Made by a program: the position numbers and the translations under genes
Part shown: one piece after another, positions 8,433-18,555 of the stretch
How positions within the stretch are numbered: position 1 is the stretch's first letter
How the letters are laid out: each line of letters begins with the position of its first letter
Notes under the pieces: generated by a model
The model's input: only the letters and a program-made list of their open reading frames with translations
Told to the model about the DNA's origin: nothing
The model's database searches: none
From: an uncultured delta proteobacterium
GTDB lineage: Bacteria; Desulfobacterota; Desulfobaccia; Desulfobaccales; 0-14-0-80-60-11
Direction of reading: 5' to 3'
Assembly (NCBI GenBank): GCA_963812015.1
Contig: CAWETI010000002.1
Span: forward strand, 480,001-544,000
Length of the DNA: 64,000 bases

Positions 8433-9458
8433 GTGCTACAAAAGATAGTCACCGGGGCCATCCTAGGGACTATTTGTGCGATCAGCGGGTATCTCATTGC
8501 CTCGCAGATTCCCCAATTAGAGCACCTGTGGTGGGCTGGTTATGCCGGCGTGGCCGCGGGTTTGGCGATGGCCTGCCTGACCCTGGGGCTGGAGCAGGTC
8601 ATCAAGCGCATCCCCTTGAAAACCATCCTGGGCAGCACCCTGGGTCTGTTCGTCGGCCTGGGGATCGGCAAGCTGGCCAGCTACCCCTTTGATAAATACC
8701 TGGAACTCCCCAACCTGCAAATTCCCTTATATATCTTTTTTTCAGCAATTTTCGGTTATATCGGCCTGGTGTTGGGGGGCAAGAAGATGTCCGAGGTCAG
8801 TACTCCCTATTTCCTGGAGCCCGCCGGCAAGGCGCCGCGCCATCTAGTGAAAATCCTGGATACCAGCGTCATCATCGACGGCCGCATTGCGGATATCGCC
8901 GAAACCGGGTTCGTGGAAGGCACCCTCATCGTCCCGAAATTTGTTTTGGAAGAACTGCAATATGTGGCCGATTCCTCCGACGATCTCAGGCGGACCCGAG
9001 GCCGCCGGGGTCTGGATATCCTCAAACGGCTCCAGCAGCAGAATCCCTTGCGGGTGGAGTTCATCGATGACGATATCCCCGGGGCCGCCGGGGTGGACTC
9101 CAAACTGGTGGCCCTGGCTTTGAAGTTGAGGGCCAAGGTCGTGACCAATGATTTCAACCTGCACAAGGTGGCGGAACTGCAGGGGATCGAGGTCCTGAAC
9201 ATCAACCAGCTGGCCAACGCCATGAAGCCCGCGGTCCTGCCCGGCGAGAGCCTGCACGTTCAGATCCTCCGGGAGGGCAAATCCCAGGGCCAGGGGATCG
9301 CCTATCTCGACGACGGCACCATGGTGGTGATCGAAAATGCCCGGCGGTTCATCGGCCGGGAAGTGGAGGTGGCCGTCACCAGCGTCCTGCAGACCACCGC
9401 CGGGCGCATGATCTTCAGCGAAATCAAGAATGGCGGCGGCGCCATCCGGAAAGTATAA
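8433..9458 (+). CDS. membrane-anchored PIN/TRAM domain protein (YacL-like)
   Basis: N-terminal TM helices, LDTSVIIDGRI, RGRRGLDIL, YLDDGTMVV, VTSVLQTTAGRMIF; follows carD. Confidence 0.9.
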   Translation: MLQKIVTGAILGTICAISGYLIASQIPQLEHLWWAGYAGVAAGLAMACLTLGLEQVIKRIPLKTILGSTLGLFVGLGIGKLASYPFDKYLELPNLQIPLYIFFSAIFGYIGLVLGGKKMSEVSTPYFLEPAGKAPRHLVKILDTSVIIDGRIADIAETGFVEGTLIVPKFVLEELQYVADSSDDLRRTRGRRGLDILKRLQQQNPLRVEFIDDDIPGAAGVDSKLVALALKLRAKVVTNDFNLHKVAELQGIEVLNINQLANAMKPAVLPGESLHVQILREGKSQGQGIAYLDDGTMVVIENARRFIGREVEVAVTSVLQTTAGRMIFSEIKNGGGAIRKV

Positions 9459-9459
9459 T

Positions 9460-9536
9460 TTTGGGAGAGGGGGCCAGGGGCTTTTTCATAAGGGCCCCGG
9501 CCCCCTCTGCCAAACCCTCTCCCCCAACCCCTTAAG
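9460..9536. repeat. G/C-tract hairpin intergenic repeat, representative copy (others near 11573, 15395, 15490, 52792, 59112, 60142)
   Basis: shared pattern TAAGGGGTTGGGGGAGGG...GGGAGGGGG(C)AGGGG-loop-CCCTG(G)CCCCCTCCC. Confidence 0.75.
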
Positions 9537-9538
9537 TA

Positions 9539-9562
9539 ATGTAGGGCGGGCACTGCCCGCCG
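9539..9562. repeat. GTAG-type REP palindrome, representative copy (others near 40551, 54413, 61991, 62033, 62455)
   Basis: GTAG + GGCGGGCA-C-TGCCCGCC; near-identical copy in the opposite orientation at 61991-62014. Confidence 0.75.
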
Positions 9563-9593
9563 TACCAGGGGCGCCATGGCACCGTGGTAACTC

Positions 9594-10586
9594 ATGTCGT
9601 TAGAAGTGGGCGCGTCCAGCCAATTACCGGTAGCTGAAACCCTGAGGCTCACCGCGGAGCCGCCGGAAGCCGGGGGACGCCTGGACCAGTTTTTGGCGGG
9701 CCAATTGGGTTTCTCCCGGGCCCGGCTGCAAAAGCTGCTGAAGTCCGGTCGGGTCCTGGTCAACGGCGAGGCGAGGCCGGCCTCCTACCGGGTGCGGCCG
9801 GGGGACGCCGTGGCGGTCTCGGTGCCGGAGCCGGCCCCCAGCTTTCTCACCCCCGAAGCCTTGCCCCTGACGATCCTCTTTGAAGACCAGGACCTCCTGG
9901 TGGTGAACAAGCCCCCGGGGCTGGTGGTCCATCCCGGGGCCGGGCATCGCGCCGGCACCCTGCTCAACGCCCTGGTCCACCACTGCCCTGACCTCAAGGA
10001 CATCGGCGAGGTGAGCCGCCCCGGCCTGGTGCACCGGCTGGACAAAGACACCAGCGGCCTCATCGTGGTGGCCAAGACCGGGTTGGCCCACGCCGCCCTG
10101 GTGGCCCAGTTCCAGGCCCACGCCATCCATAAGCAGTACCAGGCCCTGGTGTGGGGGCGCCTGCCGGAGCAGGAGGGCGAGATCGACCGGGAGGTGGGCC
10201 GCCACCCCACGGCGCGCCAGAAGATGAGCGTCCACGCCCGTCGGGGCAAACGCGCCATAACCTTCTGGCGGGTCTTGCAGGAATTTCCCGGCCCCTTGAG
10301 CCTGGTGGAACTCACCCCCCGGACCGGGCGCACCCATCAACTCAGGGTGCACCTGGCCTCCTTGGGCCACCCGGTGCTGGGGGACGCCACCTACGGGGGC
10401 GGGGTGAGCCGCCTGGCGGGCCACCCGGAGCTTGACGGCCTCAAACCCCTGGTGCACCGCCAGCTCCTCCACGCCTGGCGCCTGGGCATAACCCACCCCC
10501 GCACCGGAGAACCGATGACCTGGGAAGCGCCGCTCCCGGAGGATTTTCAGGCAGTGGTGGAAAACCTTGAGGTGATGTCTAATTGA
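9594..10586 (+). CDS. rluD: RluA/RluD family pseudouridine synthase
   Basis: S4 domain, NKPPGLVVHP, HRLDKDTSG, TGRTHQLRVH. Confidence 0.88.
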   Translation: MSLEVGASSQLPVAETLRLTAEPPEAGGRLDQFLAGQLGFSRARLQKLLKSGRVLVNGEARPASYRVRPGDAVAVSVPEPAPSFLTPEALPLTILFEDQDLLVVNKPPGLVVHPGAGHRAGTLLNALVHHCPDLKDIGEVSRPGLVHRLDKDTSGLIVVAKTGLAHAALVAQFQAHAIHKQYQALVWGRLPEQEGEIDREVGRHPTARQKMSVHARRGKRAITFWRVLQEFPGPLSLVELTPRTGRTHQLRVHLASLGHPVLGDATYGGGVSRLAGHPELDGLKPLVHRQLLHAWRLGITHPRTGEPMTWEAPLPEDFQAVVENLEVMSN

Positions 10587-10608
10587 ATACATATTTGGGG
10601 TTCCTCTA

Positions 10609-11502
10609 ATGAGCAATATGACTATTGGAGGCATAGCAAAGCAACTTTATGCCGAGAATCCGACGGAGGTTCTTTATCATTACACCTCTTTGGATGCAAT
10701 CAATGGAATCGTTGAGAGTAAATCCCTATGGGCGACTGATATACGGTACTTCAAAGACGCTGCGGAAATGAGGCATACCGCTGAATGGCTACGATTTGAG
10801 ATTGGTCAGCGAATAGAGCGAAAAGCCACCAATGCGAATCTCTTGGGACAATTTCGAGAATGGCTGTCTCACCGCTTAACCTCCGGGCACATGTTGTTTG
10901 TGGTATCGTTCACTGCTGACGGTAATTTACTTAGCCAGTGGCGAGGTTACTGTTCGCACGGGAAAGGAATTAGTCTTGGATTTGATCCGAATCACGTTTC
11001 CAAATGCGCGGAAAAACAATCATTCCAGATGACACGCTGTATCTACGACAGTGACGAAAAACGACAGATTGTGGCCCAGATTATTGATGCCATTGAGGCA
11101 TTGGCTCAGCAACGAGGCGAGAACAAAGATGCATCGAAAAGACACCCTTCCCAGTCATTTTATGATGTATTCGAAGAGGTTGAAGGTGATTTACTTCGAA
11201 TTGCCGCGGCTATTAAACATAATTCTTTTAAAGAAGAACAGGAATGGCGGGCTGTTTCTATAATAATAACAAACTACGTGCAAGCGCCAATCTCATATCG
11301 TAATGGTTCGGCAATGCTTATTCCATACATCAATTTCGGTTTGGTAAAAAGAGATGAAGACCTCGTAGATTTTGAGCACATCTTTTTAGGTCCAACATCG
11401 AACTCTGGTCTATCAATGCATTCATTATCTAATTATTTGTCTAAGAAAATGGTTAATCCGAAAAAAGGGATCACATATTGTCAGATACCCTATCGCGAAT
11501 AA
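10609..11502 (+). CDS. DUF2971-like protein on an AT-rich insert
   Basis: LYHYTS, LWATDIRY, LLSQWRGY, KHNSFKEEQEWR pattern; visibly lower GC than neighbours. Confidence 0.75.
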   Translation: MSNMTIGGIAKQLYAENPTEVLYHYTSLDAINGIVESKSLWATDIRYFKDAAEMRHTAEWLRFEIGQRIERKATNANLLGQFREWLSHRLTSGHMLFVVSFTADGNLLSQWRGYCSHGKGISLGFDPNHVSKCAEKQSFQMTRCIYDSDEKRQIVAQIIDAIEALAQQRGENKDASKRHPSQSFYDVFEEVEGDLLRIAAAIKHNSFKEEQEWRAVSIIITNYVQAPISYRNGSAMLIPYINFGLVKRDEDLVDFEHIFLGPTSNSGLSMHSLSNYLSKKMVNPKKGITYCQIPYRE

Positions 11503-11664
11503 GTAATATGGCTTGGGCACAGCCCACTAAAAATTAACTGCGAATGTGGGCCGTGCCCACCCCACATAAAATCTTAAGGGGTTGGGGGAGGGAGTTTGAG
11601 GGAGGGGGCAGGGGCTACTTACGAAAAAGTCCCTGGCCCCTTCCCTCAAAAATAACTTCTCAAT

Positions 11665-12276
11665 ATGCTCAAAATCGCCATTACTGGGGGGGCCGGGACG
11701 GGGAAGAGCACCGTGGCCCGGATGTTTGCCGCACTGGGGGCCGAGGTTCTGGACGCCGACCAGATGGCCCGGGACGCAGTGGCGGTGGGCGCACCTGCCT
11801 GGCAGGAGCTGCGCCGTCTTTATGGCGAGGAATATTTTCATGAAAACGGCGGGTTGAACCGATCTAAGCTGGCACAACTGGTGTTCGCCGACCCCGAGGC
11901 GCGCCGCCGCCTGGACGGCCTCATCCACCCCCGGGTGGAGGCGGAGCTTAGGGCCCGGGTGGCGGAGTTGGAAGGCCGGGGCGCACGGTTGGTGCTGGTG
12001 GAGGTGCCGCTCCTGTTCGAAACCGGCCGGGAGGCGGCCTTCGACCGGGTTATCGTGGTGGCGGCCCCGGAAGCCGATCAAATCCGGCGTCTCAGGGGGC
12101 GGGACGGCAGGGGGGAGGCGGAGATCCGGGGCATCCTGGCGGCCCAGTGGCCCCTGGCGGACAAGCTGGCCCGGGCCGACTACGTGGTGGACAACGGGGG
12201 ATCGCGGCGCCGCACGGAGCAGCAGGTGAAAAACATCTGGGGGGACCTGAAAAATCAGCTTGACAGCGGCGCCTAA
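11665..12276 (+). CDS. coaE: dephospho-CoA kinase
   Basis: IAITGGAGTGKSTV, DADQMAR, IHPRV, EVPLLFE. Confidence 0.94.
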   Translation: MLKIAITGGAGTGKSTVARMFAALGAEVLDADQMARDAVAVGAPAWQELRRLYGEEYFHENGGLNRSKLAQLVFADPEARRRLDGLIHPRVEAELRARVAELEGRGARLVLVEVPLLFETGREAAFDRVIVVAAPEADQIRRLRGRDGRGEAEIRGILAAQWPLADKLARADYVVDNGGSRRRTEQQVKNIWGDLKNQLDSGA

Positions 12277-12288
12277 AAAGGTTAGCGT
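12260..12288 (+). promoter_or_regulatory. candidate sigma70 promoter of rho (about 250-nt leader)
   Basis: TTGACA-17 nt-TAGCGT. Confidence 0.45.
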
Positions 12289-12540
12289 CGCAAATAACCT
12301 ACCTTCAAGCAATCTACTGACCCGATAGCAAGAAGAAATTTAAGGAAAAATCCCGAATATCCCCTTTGGCATTAGTTGGAACTTGTCCGCACGCCTATCC
12401 CGAATCAACGGTCCGGGCCCCTCGTGGCCCCCGGCCAGCTGTGGATCATAAAACCGCATAGAGAGTAGGCTTTCAGCTTATCGACAATTAATCTATCACC
12501 CGGTGCAGGAAGTATTGGTATGCATGATCAAGAGGTAATA

Positions 12541-13788
12541 ATGAATTTATCGGAATTGAAACACAAGAAAATCAACGACCTGACTTCCCTGGCCCGGGAC
12601 CTCAGTGTGGAAGGCGCGGCGGGGATGCGCAAGCAGGATCTTATTTTCGCCATCTTGCAGGCTCAGGTGGAAAAGAACGGGGTCATCTCCGGCGGGGGCG
12701 TGCTGGAAATCCTCCCGGACGGCTTCGGGTTCCTCCGGGCCCAGGACTACAATTATCTCCCCGGGCCCGACGACATCTATGTTTCGCCCTCCCAGATCCG
12801 CCGCTTCAATCTGCGCACCGGGGACACCATCGCCGGGCAGATTCGCCCCCCCAAGGAGGGGGAGCGTTATTTCGCCCTCCTCAAGGTGGAGACGGTCAAC
12901 TTTGAGGACCCCGCGGTGGCCCGGGACAAGATTCTCTTTGACAACTTGACGCCCCTGTATCCCGACCAGCGTCTCAAGCTGGAGACGGACCCGGACAACT
13001 ACTCCGCCCGGGTCATGGACCTGATGACCCCCGTGGGTATGGGCCAGCGGGGTCTCATCGTCGCCGCCCCCCGCACCGGCAAGACCATGCTCCTCCAGAA
13101 CCTGGCCAACAGTATCGCCACGAACCATCCCGAAGTAGTGCTCATCGTGCTGCTCATCGACGAACGGCCTGAAGAAGTTACGGACATGCAGCGCAGCGTC
13201 AAGGCCGAAGTGGTCAGTTCCACCTTTGACGAGCCGCCCCAGCGGCACATCCAGGTGGCGGAGATGGTCCTGGAAAAGGCCAAGCGCCTGGTAGAGCACA
13301 AGCGGGATGTGGTCATCCTGCTGGATTCCATCACCCGCCTGGCCCGGGCTTACAACACGGTGGTGCCGGCCAGCGGCAAGATCCTCTCCGGTGGGTTGGA
13401 TGCCAACGCCCTGCAGCGCCCCAAACGGTTTTTCGGGGCCGCCCGGAACATCGAGGAAGGGGGCAGCCTCACCATCATCGCCACCGCCCTCATCGAGACC
13501 GGCAGCCGCATGGATGAGGTCATTTTCGAGGAATTCAAGGGCACCGGCAACATGGAGATTCACCTGGAACGCAAGCTCGTGGAAAAGCGCATCTTTCCAT
13601 CCATCGACATCAACCGCTCCGGCACCCGGAAGGAAGAGCTGCTGCTGGTCCCCGAGGACCTCAACCGCATCTGGATCCTGCGCAAGCTCTTGTCGCCGCT
13701 CTCCCCGGTGGACAGCATGGAATTTTTGCTGGAAAAACTCCGGGGGACCAAGAACAACGGCGAGTTTTTGGGGGCCATGAACCGCTAA
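12541..13788 (+). CDS. rho: transcription termination factor Rho
   Basis: [42 protein letters not shown]. Confidence 0.98.
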   Translation: MNLSELKHKKINDLTSLARDLSVEGAAGMRKQDLIFAILQAQVEKNGVISGGGVLEILPDGFGFLRAQDYNYLPGPDDIYVSPSQIRRFNLRTGDTIAGQIRPPKEGERYFALLKVETVNFEDPAVARDKILFDNLTPLYPDQRLKLETDPDNYSARVMDLMTPVGMGQRGLIVAAPRTGKTMLLQNLANSIATNHPEVVLIVLLIDERPEEVTDMQRSVKAEVVSSTFDEPPQRHIQVAEMVLEKAKRLVEHKRDVVILLDSITRLARAYNTVVPASGKILSGGLDANALQRPKRFFGAARNIEEGGSLTIIATALIETGSRMDEVIFEEFKGTGNMEIHLERKLVEKRIFPSIDINRSGTRKEELLLVPEDLNRIWILRKLLSPLSPVDSMEFLLEKLRGTKNNGEFLGAMNR

Positions 13789-13812
13789 GTATCCCGCCTC
13801 AAGGGGCTGCAC

Positions 13813-13846
13813 AAAAAAGGGCGCACCGCGGTGCGCCCTTTGCTTT
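13813..13846. terminator. bidirectional intrinsic terminator between convergent rho and the FmdB-like gene
   Basis: AAAAAAGGGCGCAC-CGCG-GTGCGCCCTTTGCTTT. Confidence 0.6.
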
Positions 13847-13923
13847 ATGGCAAGGCCTCCTGGTAAAAACTGCAACCCAAGGCAACTCATTAAGGGGACG
13901 GCGCTATCTGCCCCCAAGCAACC

Positions 13924-14214
13924 CTACACCCAGGTATTGGGCTTTTTGTTCCAGTTTTTCCGGATCTCTTCTTTGTCCTTCTTGGTGGCCCCAAACGCGG
14001 ACTCGCAGGTGGCCTCCCACTTGTGAGGGTCGGAGCGGAAGTCTTTCTTATAAGGACTATTGGTCGAATCCTTGCAGAAGATGGTGGGCATGCCGATGAG
14101 GCGCTCCACTTCTGCGCCGCAGATCTCGCAGGTGGTCAGGGGCGGGTCGCTCATCTTCTGCTCGACTTCAAAAATGTGGCCGTGTTCCTTGCACTTATAC
14201 TCATAGGTGGGCAT
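13924..14214 (-). CDS. FmdB family zinc-ribbon protein
   Basis: MPTYEYKCKEHGHIFEVEQKMSDPPLTTCEICG. Confidence 0.85.
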   Translation of the reverse strand: MPTYEYKCKEHGHIFEVEQKMSDPPLTTCEICGAEVERLIGMPTIFCKDSTNSPYKKDFRSDPHKWEATCESAFGATKKDKEEIRKNWNKKPNTWV

Positions 14215-14458
14215 GCGGCACTCCTTTACCGTCTTAGCTAATAACTTGACAGACACTCCCCGGGGCGCTAATTTTAGGAGAAGTTATCTATTTATTAACA
14301 GATTTTTCCCCGGAGGCCAAGCGCGGATTAGGCCCGTCCTGGTCCCGGGTGACGTTTTGGCCGGTTCAGGCCGCGCCTTTCGACCCTGGCCAGCCGCGCT
14401 GCGGCACCATACTCCTGGCGGCCAGGTCTTATTCTCTTGATCTTGACAGGAGGCTCCC

Positions 14459-15388
14459 ATGGAAATCCCCGTCCTTCAGGCCGTCACCGTAGAAATCCTG
14501 GTGGATAATTTCTTCGACGTGTTTGAGCCTTCCCGGCCCGGCATCGTGGAACGGGTGGTCCCCGGCCGCCTCAAAAAACCCCTGGTGGCGGCCCACGGCC
14601 TGGCTTACCTGGTCACCCTCAACCGCCGGGGCAAGCTCACCCGTATCCTGATGGACGCCGCCAACGCCCCCCTGCCCCTGTTCAACAACCTGGAAGCTTT
14701 GGAACACAATATCGACGAGATTGACGCAGTGGTCCTCAGCCACGGCCACCCGGATCACTACGGGGGGCTGCTGGAATTTCTGGCCAAACGCACCGGTCCC
14801 CCCATCCCCATTTATCTCCACCAGGAGGTGTTTCTGCCCAAGCTCCTGGTGACGCCCCGGGGCCGCATCGGTCCCTGGGTCCTGGAACTGGACCAATTGG
14901 TGGCCGCGGGCGTCAAGCTTTATGAAAACCAGGGACCCCAACTGGTCATGGATCAGGCCCTCCTCACCGGCACGGTGGAGGCCACCACCGACTATGAAAA
15001 ACCCCTGGTCAGCTTCCGGCGTAAGGTGGCCGGCCAGGAAGAACAGGACCTTTTCCCCGACGAGCAGGCCCTGGTGGCCAACGTCGAGGGCCGGGGCCTG
15101 GTGGTGATCGGCGGCTGCAGCCACCCCGGCATCGTCAACATGGTGAAATACGCCCAGAAACTCACGGGAGTGCAAAAAGTCTCCCTCATCATGGGGGGCT
15201 TCCACCTCACCCCCGGGGGCGATGTGCTCATCCAACACACCATCCAAGGACTGAAAGAACTCAACCCGGAACTGATCATGGCCGGCCACTGCACCGGCTT
15301 TCGGGCCCTCACCAAGCTCGCCGTCGCCTTCCCCGATAACTTCATGGTCAGCTGCGTGGGCACCAAGGTCATGGTGGTGGGGGGGTAA
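14459..15388 (+). CDS. MBL-fold metallo-hydrolase
   Basis: SHGHPDHYGG, GCSHPG, GGFHL, GHCTG. Confidence 0.88.
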   Translation: MEIPVLQAVTVEILVDNFFDVFEPSRPGIVERVVPGRLKKPLVAAHGLAYLVTLNRRGKLTRILMDAANAPLPLFNNLEALEHNIDEIDAVVLSHGHPDHYGGLLEFLAKRTGPPIPIYLHQEVFLPKLLVTPRGRIGPWVLELDQLVAAGVKLYENQGPQLVMDQALLTGTVEATTDYEKPLVSFRRKVAGQEEQDLFPDEQALVANVEGRGLVVIGGCSHPGIVNMVKYAQKLTGVQKVSLIMGGFHLTPGGDVLIQHTIQGLKELNPELIMAGHCTGFRALTKLAVAFPDNFMVSCVGTKVMVVGG

Positions 15389-15565
15389 GGATGATTGTGG
15401 AGGGAGGGCCAGGAACTTCGTCCCTGCCCTCCCCCCACACCCCCCACCCAACCCGCTTAGGGGCCGGACTAACCCGGGCAAATAAAACATAAGGGATTGG
15501 GGGTGGGGGTTTGGGGGAGGGGGAAAGGGCGGGTGCCCTTTGCCCCCTTCCCCAAAGGATAATCC

Positions 15566-16297
15566 ATGGACCATCTGACCCCCGGCGAAGAAACCATGAT
15601 CGGCGCCCTGGCCCGGCAGGTGCGGGACGGGGATTGGGCTGCCTGCGGGACGCTGTCGCCCATGCCGGCCGCGGCGTTGTGGCTGGCGCAGCTCACCCAC
15701 GCGCCTCGGGCGGAGGTCTTTGTGGCGGGGAGCTCGGATTGGCCCTTTGAGGGGGAGTGGCAGGGGTTCTTCGACCTGGCCCAGGCAGGAAGGCTGAACG
15801 TTTTTTACTTGAGCGGGGCCCAAATTGATGGGCAGGGCACAATCAACCTTATGGCCATCGGCCCTTACGACCAACCGCAGGTGCGCCTGCCGGGAGGGGC
15901 GGGGTCGGCCATCCTGGCCTACGTGGTGGAGCGGGTGGTGCTGTTCAAGACGGAGCATTCGGCCCGGGGGCTGGTGGCCGCCGTGGACGCCATCACGGCG
16001 CCGGGCTACACTCCGGAGCTGACCCCCTGGCAGCGCCCCGGCCGGGTCACCCGCCTCATCACCCCCAAGTGTGTCTTTAACCTGGCGCCGCCCCAGGCGC
16101 CGCATTTAGCCAGCCTCCACCCCGGCGTGAGCTTGGAGGAGGTGCGGGGGCTCACGGGCTTTCCCTTCAAAGCGGCCGGCGATATTCCGGTAACCGCGCG
16201 CCTGGCGCCGGAGGCCCGCCGCCTCCTCTACGGCCCGGTCAAAGAGAAGCTGGCCCGGGCTTATCCCCACTTCGCGGCGCGGCTGCAAATTACTTAA
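15566..16297 (+). CDS. CoA-transferase beta subunit (GctB-like)
   Basis: SGAQIDGQGTINL, RLPGGAGSA, LHPGVSLEEV...TGF. Confidence 0.8.
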   Translation: MDHLTPGEETMIGALARQVRDGDWAACGTLSPMPAAALWLAQLTHAPRAEVFVAGSSDWPFEGEWQGFFDLAQAGRLNVFYLSGAQIDGQGTINLMAIGPYDQPQVRLPGGAGSAILAYVVERVVLFKTEHSARGLVAAVDAITAPGYTPELTPWQRPGRVTRLITPKCVFNLAPPQAPHLASLHPGVSLEEVRGLTGFPFKAAGDIPVTARLAPEARRLLYGPVKEKLARAYPHFAARLQIT

Positions 16298-16386
16298 GAA
16301 CTCAAGTTTCGTATCAAGTAACGGCGAAATAATATTAATATTGTATGTAATAAAGTAGGAGAGATTAAACTTCTGCCCATACCACT

Positions 16387-18525
16387 ATGTTAAATTTTCT
16401 TAAAACGCATTTCGGCTTTGATCAATTCCGCCCTTTGCAGGAGGAGATTATTCGTTGTGTGATGGCACAACAGGATGCCTTTGTGCTGATGCCTACCGGG
16501 GGAGGAAAGTCGCTGTGCTATCAATTACCGGCGCTCATGATGCCGGGAATAACCTTGGTTATTTCACCTCTCATCGCGCTTATGAAAGACCAGGTGGACG
16601 GTCTCAAGGCTGATGGTATTCCGGCTGAATTCATTAATAGCACGTTAACTCACGCTGAAATTGAAAAAATTCAGAAGGAGGCGCGCAGGGGGAAAATAAA
16701 AATTCTGTACGCGGCGCCGGAACGATTGACTATGCCTGAATTTCAACTTTTCTTGCAAAAAATTAACGTCAGTCTGATTGCTATTGACGAATCACACTGT
16801 ATCAGCGAATGGGGGCATGATTTTCGTCCCGATTATCGTAATCTTAAAATGCTGAGAAATATTTTTCCCGAGGTTCCGGCGATGGCTCTTACAGCCACTG
16901 CCACCCAAAAGGTGCGGGAAGATATCATTTGTCAATTGTCACTCGATAAAGCGAAAATATTTATCTCCAGCTTCAACCGCCCCAATCTAACGTATGCAGT
17001 GCTTCCCAAAAAAGATTCTTATGACCAACTGATTAATATATTGCGGGAACATCAGAATGAATCAGCGATCATTTATGGTTTTTCGAGAAAAGACACCGAG
17101 CATCTGGCGGCGGATTTGCGCCAGGAGGGGTTTAAGGCGCTGCCTTATCACGCCGGGCTGGAAAGCGATGAGCGCAGAACTAATCAAGAGAAATTCATTC
17201 GAGACGAAGCGCAAATTATCGTGGCGACGATAGCTTTCGGGATGGGGATTGACAAGCCGGATGTCCGCTTGGTTATTCATTATCATCTACCCAAATCAAT
17301 TGAAGGCTACTACCAGGAAACGGGGCGCGCCGGACGCGACGGACTTCCGAGCCAGTGCATTCTTTTTTTCTCTTACGCCGATACCATTAAGCAGCAGTAT
17401 TTTCTCCGGCAGATAGAAAATGAGTCCGAGCGGAAAAATGCCTATGGGAAGCTCGACCAGATGGTTGAATATTGTGAACTGGCAACCTGCCGCCGCCATT
17501 ATTTACTTTCATATTTCGGAGAAGATTTTCAACAAGAAAAATGCGACGGATGCGATGTTTGTTTTTCCCCGAAAGAAAATTTTGACGCAACCATAATTAG
17601 CCAAAAAATTATGTCGGCTATTATACGAACGGGGCAACAGTTTGGGATAAATTATATTATCGATATACTAAACGGGGCAAAGAATAAGAAAATCATTGAA
17701 CGTAATCATCATAATTTATCGGTATACGGTATTGTTGATGATTTTTCCAAGGAAGATTTGAGACGCATTATCGGTCAATTGCTTTCCAGAAAACTGATCA
17801 TAAAAAGCGGCGATGAATATCCGATTCTGCAATTAAGCCAGCGTGGCAATGATTTTTTGAAAAAACGGGAAGAAATTCATTTACTCAAGTTTAAATCTAT
17901 CGCCAAATTGTCTCAACCGAGTGATGCGGTTGACGCCGAATACGATAGGGACCTCTTTGAGAAACTGCGTCTCTTGCGCAAAAAAATCGCCGATGCAAAA
18001 GCGGTTCCACCTTTTGTCGTTTTTGGCGATCTGGCTCTGCGCCAGATGGCTTCATATCTGCCGCAAAGCGAGGAGAACTTTTCAAGAATCAGTGGCGTGG
18101 GCCAGGAAAAGCTTAAACAATACGGCAAAATATTTACGGAGTTTATTCAGACTTACGCCAAGGAAAATAATCTCAGCGAAAAAGATGTTCCCGTGAAAAG
18201 ATCGGCAAGGCCGCACCGGCCAATTCGTCTGGGACCGACCTATCGGGAAACCCAAAAACTGGTTCTACAGAAAATGTCAGTTGAGAAAATGGCGAGTATG
18301 AGAGGTCTCGCGTCCGGGACCATAACTTCTCATATTGAAAAGTTGGTCAGCACCGGCGATAAAATTGATATTGGCTATTTAAGGCCGCCGGTCGAGCAAT
18401 TCGAAACAATAAAAGCCGCATTTCAAGAATCCGGTGGGACAGCTTTGTGGCCCGTTCAGGAAATACTAGGCGAGCAATTTTCATACGAAGAATTAAGAAT
18501 AGCCAGGCTATTCATCAAATCGTAG
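16387..18525 (+). CDS. recQ: ATP-dependent DNA helicase RecQ (with HRDC and C-terminal HTH)
   Basis: MPTGGGKSLCYQ, DESHCISEWGHDFRP, ATIAFGMGIDK, YYQETGRAGRDG, Zn-binding Cys, HRDC. Confidence 0.95.
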   Translation: MLNFLKTHFGFDQFRPLQEEIIRCVMAQQDAFVLMPTGGGKSLCYQLPALMMPGITLVISPLIALMKDQVDGLKADGIPAEFINSTLTHAEIEKIQKEARRGKIKILYAAPERLTMPEFQLFLQKINVSLIAIDESHCISEWGHDFRPDYRNLKMLRNIFPEVPAMALTATATQKVREDIICQLSLDKAKIFISSFNRPNLTYAVLPKKDSYDQLINILREHQNESAIIYGFSRKDTEHLAADLRQEGFKALPYHAGLESDERRTNQEKFIRDEAQIIVATIAFGMGIDKPDVRLVIHYHLPKSIEGYYQETGRAGRDGLPSQCILFFSYADTIKQQYFLRQIENESERKNAYGKLDQMVEYCELATCRRHYLLSYFGEDFQQEKCDGCDVCFSPKENFDATIISQKIMSAIIRTGQQFGINYIIDILNGAKNKKIIERNHHNLSVYGIVDDFSKEDLRRIIGQLLSRKLIIKSGDEYPILQLSQRGNDFLKKREEIHLLKFKSIAKLSQPSDAVDAEYDRDLFEKLRLLRKKIADAKAVPPFVVFGDLALRQMASYLPQSEENFSRISGVGQEKLKQYGKIFTEFIQTYAKENNLSEKDVPVKRSARPHRPIRLGPTYRETQKLVLQKMSVEKMASMRGLASGTITSHIEKLVSTGDKIDIGYLRPPVEQFETIKAAFQESGGTALWPVQEILGEQFSYEELRIARLFIKS

Positions 18526-18555
18526 AGGTTTAACCTCTGCGGGTGGAGTTAAGCC

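Noticed and set aside
12547..13917. 456-aa antisense ORF over rho (likewise 5157-6614, 14429-16105, 32027-33388, 35050-36588, 41845-43497, 60713-62098)
   Set aside because: Shadow ORFs expected from high-GC codon bias opposite well-supported genes.
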